From Batkoa obscura (taxonomy: Eukaryota), in NCBI GenBank assembly GCA_030770535.1, contig JASVEC010000118.1:1-47972 (forward strand): 47,972 bases of DNA, written 5' to 3'. Each line of letters begins with the position of its first letter. The stretch's first letter is position 1. The position numbers and the translations under genes are program-made. Below, piece by piece: positions 1-13,440 of this stretch. The notes beneath the pieces were generated by a model. That model searched no databases and had not been told where the DNA came from. It saw nothing but the letters and a program-made list of their open reading frames with translations.

Positions 1-1963
1 TAAGTAAAGAAATTACTAAAAGATAAAAATCTTAGTAAAGAAATTACCCTTCGAAATTAGCTGAAGTAATTTTATAATTTGATATTAAAACAAATCTAAT
101 CTTTAATAGCTTGATATCAGACAAAAAGCTCTTAAGTTAACAGCAAACAGTATGTATGGATGTTTAGGTTATCCACTGTCCCGGTTTTATGCTAAACAAC
201 TTGCCATGCTTATCACTAGTAAAGGTCGTGAGGTATTACAAAGTACTGTAGAACTTGCTGATAATGACGGTTTAGAAGTAATTTTTTCGGCATAAGATAT
301 TAATAATCTAAACACTTTAAAGGTTATTTATGGTGATACTGATTCTATTATGATTAATACTCATACCCTTGAATTGCCGACAGCTAAGCAAATCGCTCAT
401 CAATTTAAAAAGAAGGTGAACCAAAAGTATAAAAACCTTGAAATTGATATTGATGGTGTATTCAAAAGTCTTTTGCTTTTACAAAAAAAGAAATATGCTG
501 CTTTAGTAATTCAGGAATTAAAATTTGATACAATTAAAGGACAAAAAGAAAATTATAAAACACATATTGAAGTTAAAGGTCTAGACTTAGTTCGTAGAGA
601 ATTTTGTGAGCTTTCACAAGAAATGTCACAGTAATTACTAATAGTTCATAATAATCAGTTATCTTATCTATTTAGACATATTTTGGATCAAATCCTAAGT
701 GGTAATGAAAGGGATGCTATTGTTACAGAAGTACATGAGTATTTAAGAAAAATGAGCAGTGCTATTCGAAATCGCGATATCCCAGCTTATAAGTTTATGA
801 TATTTAAGGTATTTAGCTATATTGGATATGTTCCCAGTATTAATTTTGTTTTTAGAGTATTAGCAAACCACTTGATAAATACCAAGATGCTCAATCCCAA
901 CCACAAGTTCAAGTTGCTTTAAGGCTTCAAAAAGCACGTGGAGCCCCATTTGTTAAGGGCGAAACTGTTAACTATATAATATGTAAATCAGAGGATGAAG
1001 AAGTAAATAAGAAATCTTATGCTATGAGAGCATACTCTTTTGATGAGTTTACAAAGTCTAATGGAACCCTTGAAGTAGATTTTGAATGGTATTTTACTCG
1101 TCAAATATTACCACCCATTTCCAGACTTTGTGATTGTATTGAGGGCACTTCAAGTGGTAATTTGGCTGATTGTTTAGGTAATGATAAAGTCACTTTTTTT
1201 GGATTTTGCTGATTTTTATAGGCCTTGATTCTAGAAAATATTCCTCAGCTATTTCAGATGAACTTGGTTCTGAAAGTTTATTAGATTCTCTGGTATCGGA
1301 AACTGAAAGATTTTCTGGTATTGAACCTTTAGAGCTTAACTGTAAAAAATGCGAAAAATCATTTAAGTTTAACAAATTTGCTGTCTCAGTTAATCAAGTA
1401 ATCATTACAATTTAATTAGTAGCGATGATATATTTATTTTAATTAGATACCAACTCTTGGAAATACATGCCCTGGTTGTAACGAGATAACCCATACGTTT
1501 TATTTGCAAAACTCAATTGAAAATTCTATAAGGAAACATATCCATAAGTTTAATCAAGGATGGTTGAAGTGCAATGAATTTATTTGTGGGCAAAAAACAC
1601 GTTGTATCTCTTTACAAGCCCATCCCACCTCTGGAAAGGGTAAGAAATGTAGTAAAGCAGGATGTGAAGGAACTTTGTACCTCGAAATAACACCTCAAAA
1701 ACTATATAATGTCTTAAGCTACTATTTACATCTTTTCGACTATAAAGGTAATATTAAGGCATTGACTGCAAGTGGAATCGACCACGGTAAATTTTTTTTA
1801 CTTTAATTAGATATTATCTGATCATCGTTTAGCTTCAGCGCAAGAGTTTGTGGACAAGCATACCAAAACGAGAAGCGAAATTACAACATTAATAGAGGGA
1901 TACATTAAACTCAGTGGACAGCGTTATGTTGATCTAAAGAGGCTTTTTAAATTAGTAGGATAG
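1..1963 (+). CDS. POL1: DNA polymerase alpha catalytic subunit, 3' part (multi-exon, 5'-truncated by window)
   Basis: Spliced translation gives B-family motifs [51 protein letters not shown] and [10 protein letters not shown], plus C-terminal Cys clusters (CKKC..CPGC; CNEFIC..CSKAGC). Stop TAG at 1961-1963. Confidence 0.95.
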
Positions 1964-2279
1964 TGATAAAGTTAGAATATTACTTATATTAAATAAGTAT
2001 AAGTTTAATGAACAAAATAATAATTTTATAAAGTAATGTATTTTAATATATTTTAATACTTAATAGCAAATTTAAATTGTTAAATCTCTTTTAATTTTAT
2101 TCAAATAGTATAACGTGATTTATTGCAAACTAAATTTAAATAATAGACAGTAAACTATTTTATTTTAACTGTATTTTTGGATGGATAATAGTCAAGCTTA
2201 AAAGATATAGAGCTGTTTTTTAATAAACTTGATAAATGATATAAATCTAAATTATTGTTAATTTAAAATCAAATAAATA

Positions 2280-4202
2280 TTAGGACAAATGATCGTTTTT
2301 AGGTGATGGACTATCAAAAGATGGACTATTCTTGGAGCGATCATTAAAATCACTCGACTGTCCTAAAGTTGATTCAGACACATAATTCATTGAGTTTCCT
2401 TCATTGAGCCCATTTCTAAATCCATTACTTGAACTAGCTCTACTATCAACCAAGTGATCTTGTACATTATAATGAGGTGCTTTTTTGTGTGTAAAAATAG
2501 GCTTAAGGATGTGATCATCAATTGAATTAAACCAATTTTCCGTTCCTAACTCAAAAGAATCTCTTGCAGTTAAAATAGTACTACTATTTGATTCTGGAGA
2601 TTTTGCATTCAAGTTGGAACCTGGATGATGTACAACGATTTCTGGGTTATTGTTCAAAAGGGCATTATCTGAGCCGCCATAGGAATCTTCGTCTTCTTCA
2701 TGTTCATCACTATACAAATCAAAGCTATTTCTAATAGTAGAAACAATGGGGGCGGTAGAATCCATACCAGTCTGTATTCCTAAATGTTTGATGAAAACTG
2801 GGGTTGTGCCCCCAAAAAATATTACAGTTACAACGACTACAATCAATATTGTACTACGCATTACAGAAGAATTTGTTGATTCCATTTCCATTGCTAAAGC
2901 AAATGCTACAGCCCCTCTTAGTCCAGCCCAGAAGAGCATCAATTGATATTCATGACTGATAACTTCTTCAGTATTGCCTCCCATTTTTTGGATCTTATTG
3001 ATCACTTTCGAAAGTGGGATGGTGGAACAGTAGCGTGCAAAGCATACTGAAAACTAAAAAATATTAGTAAGACGACTATTAAAAAAATATCAACCTACTA
3101 AAGAGCATAAAACAAGTAAAAAGCTATAATTTTCTACTGGCGAAGTGAATAATGCAATTCCCAAATAAATGAAACAAAAATTCTCAGATAATTGAGCTAA
3201 AAGCTTAAAGAGTGACGTAGTTGTATTTTGGGATTCTTTTGACATATTACTATAGCCATAATGCTTAAGTATAATACTACAAAATAGTAAAGAAACGATT
3301 CCTATTTGATGTTAAACTTGCTGATTAGTAAAAAAATAATATTAATTACCTGACATTGATAAGAAATTTGAAAGAAAATACGTTCCATAAGCCAATAATG
3401 TCACTAAAGATGACTCTATTAAAGGAATTGTATGTAATTTTGTAAGCTTTAACATCAATGAGATTGTAAAGCCGCTTATTGAACCAATCATCAAAGATCC
3501 CAAAAAACTAATAATGAAATATCCAAAGCCTTCCCATATCAAACTTCCTTCTAATTCTTTATTGGCAACATGCTGTAAAGATTCAAATAAAACAATAGCA
3601 ACTGAGTCATTTAACATTGATTCTCCAAATATAATTGCATAAAGTTTAGGGTCTACTTTGAGTTGTGAAAATATAGCTAAAACAGTGACTGGATCTGTTG
3701 ACGACAAAATGGATCCTAGCATCAAACATTCCACAAAAGACATATTGATCCTGTTTATTCCTATTGAAGTAAATAAATAAATTAAACCACCTATTATCAT
3801 GCTAGAAATTGTTGTTCCAACAAAAGCAAACGTCAGTATTAAACCGAAATTCTTAAAAAATGTTTTTCTGTCTAATTCATATCCAGAGCTCAAAATAATC
3901 GGTGGAAGTAATATATTGAAAAAAATTGTGTATTTAAAGCTTAAATTACTTTTGAGGATTGGATCGTTCATAAGCTTTATAATAACTCCAACAAACATTC
4001 CCATAAATATAGCTACTGTACTCTCATGAATAAAGGTGATTTTTCTTCTTTGTAGAAAATACGATACCAATAACGTACCACACAAAAGCGCGATTATGAT
4101 TAATATTGCCCATGAAGCATAAAACTCTTCAGCTTGTGCTACTGTATCAATACCTTCCAATAGTGTAGTATCATTCAAAGGCGTTTGTTGTAACTCGGTC
4201 AT
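2280..4202 (-). CDS. NHX1: Endosomal Na+(K+)/H+ exchanger (CPA1/NHE family), 3 exons
   Basis: Motifs FFNILLPPII, SSTDPVTVLAIF, IFGESMLNDSVAIVL and WAGLRGAVAFALA. Introns at about 3302-3349 and 3054-3098. Confidence 0.93.
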
Positions 4203-4331
4203 AATTTATAATTTTTTATAAAAAAGAAATATCAAACAAATATTTTGATATTTATACTTAATGAGTGACTTAAGTTTTTCCGAAAACTAAACTTAATCTA
4301 TCATCAAGATGATTTCATAGCATGATAAAAT

Positions 4332-4426
4332 GAGGATGTTTTTTTTGGCTTCATTACTTTTTCTATCTTTCAAGTGCTATTTGGATGAAAAATTATTAGT
4401 AAAACTCTTAAATACAAAACATCCCC
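4332..4426 (-). mobile_element. MITE copy 1 (~95 bp)
   Basis: Ends GAGGATGTTTT...AAAACATCCCC, flanked by a perfect AAAT/AAAT duplication. Internal sequence matches the other five copies. Confidence 0.85.
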
Positions 4427-4641
4427 AAATTTAGAATGTCTTTTTTATTTGTCAATTTATCAACGATGTTTCTAAATTTTACCTTTATGAAAATGGACAA
4501 AAATAGAATAGAAAATCATTACTATTTGGTTTTGCAAAGAGCTAACAACAATATTTAGCAAAAAGTGGACCAATGATCATTTAACTTATCATTAATTGTT
4601 ATTTAACAAAATGACAAGAATAACTAATTTTTATTTCTAAG

Positions 4642-5336
4642 ATGTCATTATCATTATATTCAGTCCATGCCTTTTTAATCTTAGACAACGAGGGTAAGAG
4701 AGTATTAGCTAATTATTATACTCGTAACCAAGATAGTGCGTCTCAAAAAAAATACTCCAACTTAAAAGATCAACGTAAATTTGAAACTTCATTATTTAAA
4801 AAAACTTCTAAGGGAAAAGGTAATTATTTTAATCAAGTAAACTAGCTAGAGGTTGAACCCTCTTTAGGAAGTGACATTATCCTTTATGACGGAAATGTTG
4901 TTTTGTTTCGTTACTTCCCAGATATCATTGTTTATGTCGTCGGTGACGCTGAAGAAAACGAACTTTTATTAAATTCTGTTCTAGAAGCTTTCTCAGACTC
5001 AGTCGCTAGTATTTTAAGGTAAGCAAATTGGTTAAGTAGATTTAAAATTTATTCAAATTAAATAGGGCACCATTAGAGAAGCGTAGTATTATCGAAAATA
5101 TTGACTGCATCGCTTTAGTGTTAGATGAAATAATTGATGATGGGTACGTTTAGATTTAATTTATTTACATAAACTAATCGTTTTATAGAATTATTTTAGA
5201 AGTTGATACAGAAAAAATCACATTCAGAGTTTCAAAGCGTAGTAATGATATGGGAGAACTTCAGATTAACGAGCAAACTATTTTACAAGCTTATAATACC
5301 GCCAAAGAACGTATTGCACGTAGCCTTCTCTCATAA
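4642..5336 (+). CDS. RET3: Coatomer subunit zeta (zeta-COP), 4 exons
   Basis: SLYSVHAFLILDNEGKRVLANYY, QRKFETSLFKKT, YVVGDAEENELLL, LEKRSIIEN, LVLDEIIDDG|IILEVD. Stop TAA at 5334-5336. Confidence 0.93.
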
Positions 5337-6496
5337 AAATATGGTCTAAAGTGCTGATATTTGTTAAAATATATAAGTTTAAAATAATAAGTAATATTTT
5401 TAGTTTGTATATCATTTTATCATGTAGTTAGTACAACTGCTAGCTTCAAATGAATAGTAACCCAAAATATTAAATGGCATTATTCTAACTATTTACTTTG
5501 ACTGTTTTTTATCACTAGCTATTAATGTTAATATCATAAAGTTTATTTATCCTCAATTAATCAGAATTTCAAAAAAACAATAAAGATCAAGCATCGTTAA
5601 TATTAACAGTTATGTCATAAACAGAAATAATATTTGAGCCTATGGATTTATTACACATTGAATATAAATAAAACAGAACTTCATGGAAGATAGCTTATGA
5701 ATAAAGTATGAACTTCTCATAATAAAACTTGAACCCCTTACTATTTGTTAATAATGGGCTATTTGAAAGTCATCAAAAATATCAAGAGCAAATATCTTGT
5801 GAATTTAAGTATATAGATATAGAATTACAATTTCAATCACTAGATAAAGTATGAGAGTACAATATTGTAATTCATGCTGCACAAATACAAGTAATGTAAT
5901 TCTTCATTTGGCAAAAGAGGTAATGCTACTCACTAATATTTAAAAGTCAAGCTTAATTGTAAGTACTAACTCAGGTAGTTCCTATACTAATTATTTGGAT
6001 CATACACAGAAATGTACTTATAGCACAAGTTTAAACCTTTTTGTTGTATCTAAAAGATTTTATTTCTATATGTACTTCACACTAAAAATAAACTATAGCT
6101 GACTATATACGTGTACTCAACGTTAACTATATTAGTATATTTTAGTTAAGGTTAGATAGTAAAAATATTAGAGCACCATATGAAAGCTTAATTACACTAT
6201 TATAAAAGTAAAACTTTTAGCATGTTTAGTATTTCAAATGATGGTATTTTATGATATTTAGAAAATTTGAGTACAAATTTGAATAATAAGTTAAAAAAAT
6301 TTAATAAATTAACCATCAAAATAAAATAATTTAGCTTTAAAAATTTAATCCAGCTTATATTACAAAAAACAACAAAAAGCTATATCAAAGATGGTTCACT
6401 ATAGAACGTATACAACGATAGTCTATATCAACATATTTAACCAAAAATAGTATATAGTAGCTGACTTATCAAGGACCTGAGTAGACGGCTAATAGA

Positions 6497-7048
6497 TCAC
6501 CAAACTTGATATGAGCTACGATGTGTATTGGCAGATGGAGGTGGCGAACAAATAGAACTATCAATTTTGAAATCTTTCAGCTTCCATTTTTTACTCTCTA
6601 GGAGCCCATCCAATACCACTACACCTTTACCATAAGGATCTAACTCGCTACTTTTACTATCATAAGAAGGTGGGAAGTCATCCACTCTTGGTTTTTCAGA
6701 AGGACTATTAACTGAGTCTAGGTTTCTCAAAAACCCTTTCCCTTCGTTTGGGGATTTGTCATAACCCTGTCCATGGCTAAAAAATGAGTCTGATGATGAT
6801 TGATTTAAAGTAGCTATAGATTTTGGCTTTGTAAGTAAGTCGTTTGTAGAAGCTACATTATTTAGTGGTATGTTTCCTGATTCTGGATCATGTTGATCAT
6901 AATGATAGGCTGGAGCAACCTTTGCTTGATATCTTTTATCTAATACTCTATGCCTACATCTTAAAATACTACCAGCTATAATTCCTACTAAAATAAAAGC
7001 ACCGGCTAGACTACCCATCACAATAAAAATAAGTTCATTTGTTTCCAT
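6497..7048 (-). CDS. Hypothetical single-pass membrane protein (183 aa)
   Basis: Intronless ORF with coding-like GC. N-terminal hydrophobic helix (LIFIVMGSLAGAFILVGIIAGSIL), then a basic stop-transfer (RCRHR) and a Ser/Pro-rich tail containing PPSY. Confidence 0.7.
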   Translation of the reverse strand: METNELIFIVMGSLAGAFILVGIIAGSILRCRHRVLDKRYQAKVAPAYHYDQHDPESGNIPLNNVASTNDLLTKPKSIATLNQSSSDSFFSHGQGYDKSPNEGKGFLRNLDSVNSPSEKPRVDDFPPSYDSKSSELDPYGKGVVVLDGLLESKKWKLKDFKIDSSICSPPPSANTHRSSYQVW

Positions 7049-8426
7049 AGTGGATAAAATATATACAGTTTAAAAATGAATGCAAAATATGTAGTTGAAA
7101 AGATAACAAGAAAGTTAAAAAGGTAATTTACAAATAAAGTACAAAATGGGATGTGAGTGCTAAGTTAAGATAGGATCAAAACGCTGTAGATGTTAAATAT
7201 TTTGAAATACACTGTAAGGTACATAAAAGTCAAATAAATACAATTTGGCCCAAGTATTATAAACTAATGTTAAAAATCCAAGGTAAAAGGAGGTTTTTTT
7301 ATCTAAGTTGGTAAATCAGTTTTTTAAAATAGCAATTCGAACCTTCAATTTCAGCCAATCCATTTGATTTTAAAAAGTTGACTTGATATTATTTTGTCCT
7401 TCCACCTATCATTTAGCTAACTTAATTTCTTATTTTTAGCAGTAAGTTTGTGTTCTTGAAACCTATACTTTCTGGATTTTAATTTTATCGCCCAATCATA
7501 GTTGTAAAATTTTTTATTAAATTATTGAGTGTTAACTTTAATTAATTGGATTCAAGAAACTTTATCTGTAGATACTAAGTATAGACTTTGAACTAATAAC
7601 AAATAAATAAAAAGTCATATAGGCGAAAATATTTAATATATGAAAAGGATATATATATCTTACTACTATTCTGTTCATTTACTTTTACTTTTACTTTTAC
7701 TATAAATTTTTAATGAAAAATATAAGTTTATATTTTGCAATCTAAGTTCACCTCCAAATATTTTTAAGATTATAGCCAATAGATCTTCACTTTACATAAA
7801 ATTTTAAATTAATGTATAGGAACTGTAAGAATCTTATATTTAAAAGAGGCCTTTATTTTAAAAATTTAATAATATAGCTGTTGAAGTTCTTTTGCAACTT
7901 TTTTAGCGGTAACTTGTATAACTAAATTGTTTATATGGCTGATTTTTTTAAACCTTAATCATATAGGATATATGAATTTTGACTTAATCAACTGTTCATT
8001 TAAGAAAAAATTAAGTTGTAAAAGAGGTGCGATAGTTACATGTTGGTTTGAAAAGCATTTTTCAAATATCAGTTTGTGCGTAAAATTATATTAAAAATAT
8101 ATTTGTTATGAAGATTATTTTAAGATTTTTAAAAGTAGCTCAAGCCTGAGGCTTGATCGTTTTCTGGCTTTGGCTTATTATGAAAGTTATAAATTAAACA
8201 TGATATAAATTTTTTAAATTTTAAATTATTTCAGAATTAGCTATAACATGAATTTAACCTAAAGCTGGAAAAGTAGACTTTATTTAAACTTTTTTATATT
8301 AAAAAGCTCAAACTTAGTTTAATCCAAAAAAAATTCTTTGACGTATTCACTATAATTGGATAACTAATAAACAAAGCTGAAGTGGTAATTATATCAAAAG
8401 GTTGTATTCCAGGCTCAACTTAATAT

Positions 8427-8518
8427 GGGGATGTATTTTTGTGTTTAAGGATTTTACAAGTTTTCCGCTCAAATAATGCTTAAAAGATGGAAAAAGTAAT
8501 AAAGCCAAAAACACCCCC
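8427..8518 (+). mobile_element. MITE copy 2
   Basis: GGGGATGTATTTTTGTG...AAAAACACCCCC, flanks ATAT/ACAT. Confidence 0.85.
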
Positions 8519-8778
8519 ACATGCAATAATACTATGAAGGAATATTTATTTTTTAAATAAGATAAATTTTGACTAAAGATAACTTTTATTTGAGCGTTTT
8601 CTTAAATAAGTGAAAGAAAATGAGCATTTATGATATTAATTTTTGATGAAAAGCTATTTGCATATTTCGATAAAATTATTAAATATTGAGATTAAACTAT
8701 AGTCATTCTAATACAATTGTAAATTTATTTTATTATCAATATATCAAATTATAGTAAAAACATTTCGAAAAAGTATAT

Positions 8779-11221
8779 GGGGTTGTCTGAATTAGTTTCA
8801 TTATTTTATCCAATTTTTGAAAAATTTTGTATTTTAAAAACTTCGCTCAAAATTCTATAAAATCACATCTTTTATTAAAACAAAAGTACCCAAACACAGT
8901 TCTAAATCATTCTATTATAGCTCATACTGTAAGTTACTTGAATTTCTACTAGATCTTAAATACATATTCTTATAAAGCTTAATTGAGAAATATTTATTAT
9001 CAACCGCTTTATAACTAACATTGTAGATTTATTATCAAATAAATAAACTATTTTAATGTTATAATTACATTATTAATATATTGCCAAGTTAATAAATAGC
9101 TGCATGGGAGAGAGTGGTTAGCCCCAAAACTATAATTAACCATCTCTATATAGTACAAGTAATAATAGTTTTTACATATTATTACAGTTACTTGTTCTTT
9201 GACTATTTATTAACTTAGCTATTAATAACTTAAGTAATCCTAACATTTAACAATCTATTTCTATCATTCAACAAACTACTTACTTGCTTAGTAAATATCG
9301 AAATTTTTAAATTCTCTGTTATCTTCGTAAGGTAAGCTGGAATCGATCTTTTAATTTTTCTGTTTTCTATAGACTCTATAACTTTAATTGGGACTATATC
9401 GCTTTTTTTTTGATGTATCAGATACTGGATAACAATGTAGTTTATTGTTATGTTTAATAAAGTGTAAACACTTCTTTAATGTCTTTTGGGTCTCTATTAT
9501 TCTTTTTGTATTTTTGTTTCTTTTATACTTTTTAAAAATTATATCTGTTTTCCCATTATTAACAGTCGAGTTATTAATTTTATTATGCTCGCAAATAAAA
9601 GCCTCAAATCTTGAAATTAATTGATCGATATCTTCTATTTTACCTAACGCTTCAAAACTACTTTTCCATTTTGAAAGGTTTCCAAAATGTCCATCAACTA
9701 TACTTTTTCCATGATGCTCAGCAAAAAAATTAAGATTAACATTCAAACTACTATTTATTTTATGAATTTCTTTAAACATATAGTGTAGAAACTCTTGGGA
9801 TCTAAAATGATTTCCTGTATCTGCCCATATATTAATTTTTGTAAACTTTTTAAATAGAAGCTCTGTAGAGATCAAATCGATTAAAAAATCTCCTGCATAT
9901 GCTGAATCATGATTCAATATTTCAGATAAATAATCAAAGTAAACTTTGCCTATTGTTTTATCATCTTTTAAATATAATACACCAAAGCCTAATACTGATA
10001 TAGCTTGTTTATTATAATGATCTAGATTTATTGAATCTGGCCTTGTCCCTATTTCCATATTTTGTTTAAAATCTAAAACTATTATACAACTTTTGTTATT
10101 TAATTTTTTGATAGTTTCATTAAATGTGTTTTTTTGAGTATCAACACAGAATTTATGTAATTTGTATAATTTTTCTTCTTCGTTGAAAATTTCTTGTATC
10201 TCTGCTTTGTTTTTTGCTGTATTTATTTTATTTTCAAATAACTTTTTTCTAACTGTATACTGGGTACATATATTACATAGATCCGTTTTTCTTGCTGGAT
10301 TTTTGAAATTAGTTGGTATATATTTAAAGAACGTTGACCTAGCTACTGCTTTATCTCTTAGATCATTCAAATATTTACTATATATCATTCTTCTACTTTT
10401 ATTTAATATATATATATTATCTGATGAATATTTACTATCGTTACTTTTTTTATTAAATCTTGATGAAATAGTTGAATCATTTAGTAAATATTGTATAATA
10501 GTTTCAATTTGGTCATCTTTAATTTATTTTGTATTTTTAATAATAGGTTTTAATGTTGATATTTTATTATTATTGCTTGTTTTTGAATAATCATATTGAT
10601 TTCTATTTATATTAAACCCAAAACTCTTACACTCATCAAAAGAATATACTGAAGCTATAGTTGATAATAACGCTACTTGCTGACTTTTGTTTCCTGTTTC
10701 CCTTAAAGCACTAATTTTATACATTACTTGATTAAGTTTATTATTATCGATAGTAAACTTTGATAATATATCTTTTCTTTGTTTTGTTTTATTATAAAAT
10801 TCGATAAACCTTGGGTTGTTATAAGTAGCTCTTAAAATTGATGTAAATGAATTACAATGTTTATATTGTGTACTCCTCCCTATTGTATTGAAGTTTTCAA
10901 AAATTCCATTTCGAAGTTTAGTTATGAAAGTTTGCATTTTATTTTTATTTCAACAAAAAATAAAGTCAAATAAGTGTATTTATATAATTATATAATCATA
11001 TAGTTATATATTATATATCTGTTAAATATCTAACAGAACTAACATAAAATATATAGTTAGGAAAATTAGCTATTTAAGAAAAGGAAACAATTAAAATAAG
11101 TTTTAAATAGAGACATTTAATTTTAGGCTTTTTAGATTTAACCGTTATATTGAACACAAACTTGGAATTTTAAATTTGGATTAATTTCTAAGTAGATTCT
11201 GAAACCAATTAGGACAGCCCC
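8779..11221 (-). mobile_element. Sola-type (Sola2-like) DNA transposon, copy A (2443 bp)
   Basis: Imperfect TIRs GGGGCTGTCCTAATTGGTTTCA / GGGGTTGTCTGAATTAGTTTCA, with ATAT on both sides. Near-identical reverse complement of 16088-18529. Confidence 0.9.
9384..10937 (-). pseudogene. DDD transposase of copy A, interrupted
   Basis: Same reading frame as copy B, with in-frame TAA at 10524-10526. An extra A (A9 vs A8 run near 9403-9411) truncates the C-terminus. Confidence 0.8.
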
Positions 11222-11434
11222 ATATGTTTTTTTATTGCCCCTATCCGAAGCGCTATAGAAAATACCGAATAAATTGATGAAGATAAGAATACTCAAGGCT
11301 AAATTACATTTAAGGCATTAAACAAAAGAAACTGCCAAGTTTTGTCTAAGCCTGTAACCACATATTAGTATAAACTAACGGAGTATATTATTGTCACATA
11401 AATAAGAGTAGGCGCTGTAATGAAAGTGGCAACT

Positions 11435-11532
11435 GAGGATGTATTTTTATGTTCAAGAATTTTACTAACAATTTTTTTGCTCAAATAGTACTTAAAACAT
11501 TTAAAGAGTAATTAAGTCAAAAAAACACCCCG
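11435..11532 (+). mobile_element. MITE copy 3 (diverged)
   Basis: GAGGATGTATTTTTATG...AAAAACACCCCG, flanked by AACT/AACT. Confidence 0.8.
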
Positions 11533-11546
11533 AACTGTAACAAACA

Positions 11547-12180
11547 ATGTGCACTCAGGCTTCCAATAGCTCAAAACCAAAATCAAGTAGATACCACATC
11601 CCTTATTACACTTCAGCTGCCGAAAAACCTAATCCAAATAAATCTTACACCATTCTAGCCCTTGTTTTACATCCTTCCCCCGCTTATAATCCTACCACCT
11701 CTTCTAAGCCAACTAAAACAGTTTTTGATTACAAATCTATTCAGAGTGTTCCAAGTAGTATGGCAGCATTGATGAAAGAAGCGTTAAAATCCTATACAGA
11801 GTCGATGTTCCACATGTAGAAGTAGCCAGATAGCTATATAAAGCTGATAAACGTTTAATAGACTCAGCTCAAAAACATACTAAAGATCAAGTAGCTCAAA
11901 AGAAAACGTCTCTTACTAGAAGTAAAACTCCATGTTACCTTGACCTTATAAAGGTAGCTAGGCATCTAGCTAAAGACGGACCAGAGAGCGCTGCATGAGA
12001 CCAAAGGGTTGTTGCTTGCATGGTTGCTTCTTGGATAAAGTCACTAGGATATTACCACTGTCTTTGCAAGTTATGAATGTTTTTTCTGGGGCCAAAAGGA
12101 CTTCATTGAATTTAAACTTTTGGTAGGCGGTACTAACTGCCCTAAGACTGTTGTTACCTATTGTAAAGATTTCCCAGCTT
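11547..12180 (+). pseudogene. Degraded coding-like sequence of unknown family
   Basis: 90-codon Ser/Pro/Lys-rich ORF followed by GC-richer sequence with scattered stops. No recognisable motif. Confidence 0.3.
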
Positions 12181-13007
12181 GAGATCCAAACAACATTTGA
12201 AATTATATTAGATAGTTTTCATTATTTATTTGTAACTTTCACAAAATTTAGTTTACTGTTTTATTATATTTCAATTTGTAAAATGATTCTATTACTTCAA
12301 GAAGTTTATAATCAAAGATCATCTCTACATTTCTCATCATAGAAGAACCCGCCTTCTTAAGAAGGCGACCTTTTGGTCCAAGATTAAGATCTAATGATGA
12401 CCTTAGTCGGAGCCTCTCAGTCCTTAATTTAAGCTTGTTGTTGCTTCTCCTCTTGTTTGTTTAAATTGATAATTTCTTAAATAAAACATACTACTGCAAG
12501 GGTGATTATCCTAAAAAAGCTTTGATCAATAAAACGTTTTTTATATACTGAAGATTTTTATGGAGTGATTATCTTAAAAGTATTTATTCTTCTGTATTTT
12601 CAATTCGATATGAACTAAACCCCAAATTTTAGTTGTATTTATTTAAAATTTTTAGAAAAAAGTTAATAAAGTAGCAAAACACGTTTATATTGTAGATTAT
12701 TTATAAATAAAATGATAATTTTCCAAAAGTTTTAATTCATAATTTGATTACTAAGGTAGTTTGCATCACTTTAGCTCTGATGATTTATTTTATGTCTCAG
12801 ACTAACCATGAAATTCACACCATGTTTTAGCTATAAATAGCCATTAGTATTATTTATAATTACTTTCATACTAATGTGATAAACACTTGAACCTATTTTC
12901 CATAATCTTATTGATATTAAGATATACAAAAGGTTATAATGAAACATCTACTTATACTTTTTGCTCTGTTATTACTTCATAAAAGGTTTTTATTTATGTT
13001 AATACAT

Positions 13008-13106
13008 GGGGATGTATTTTTGTATTTAAGAGTTTTACTAGTAATTTTTCCACTCAAATAGCGCTTGAAAGATGGAAAAAGTAATGAAGCCAAAAAAAAC
13101 AATCCC
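13008..13106 (+). mobile_element. MITE copy 4
   Basis: GGGGATGTATTTTTGTA...AAAAACAATCCC, flanks ACAT/ATAT. Confidence 0.85.
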
Positions 13107-13110
13107 ATAT

Positions 13111-13440
13111 GGAAATCCTCAGCCTTTATCGCACAAAGAAATAGGCCACTATGATTGGATTAAAATTAAGGGATAATCCATAACCAATCAAATGCACCCA
13201 GTCTATCATTACCAGGAAATTGAAACTGGCCTGAAGTAAATCAAATCAATCAATGCATGGCAAAAGGAACCCCCACCTATTAATTGATGGAAACCTCCAG
13301 TCACACAAGGAAACCTATCTTTGTAATTGGTTTGAAGCTAAGGGACAAACCAAGGTAAATTAATTGGATCCAGTCTATTATTTCTAGAAAGTTAAAAATG
13401 AATTAAACTAAATCAACTAAAGTACAATGAAAAGAAGCCA
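13111..13440 (+). repeat. Degenerate ~178 bp direct repeat (2 units)
   Basis: Units starting at about 13111 and 13289 share GGAAA..CACAA.GAAA..ATTGG.TT.AA..TAAGGGA.AA.CCA..CCAGTCTAT.ATT. Confidence 0.6.

Noticed and set aside
1..110. TAA at 1-3 and TAG at 58-60 near-frame with the Pol alpha sequence, suggesting stop-codon reassignment
   Set aside because: TAA and TAG terminate many conserved genes here normally. Both sites fit intron acceptor ends, though the exact exon structure at the window edge is unresolved.
9384..9412. C-terminal truncation of copy A transposase as programmed frameshifting
   Set aside because: A9 versus A8 homopolymer difference is more simply slippage or sequencing error.
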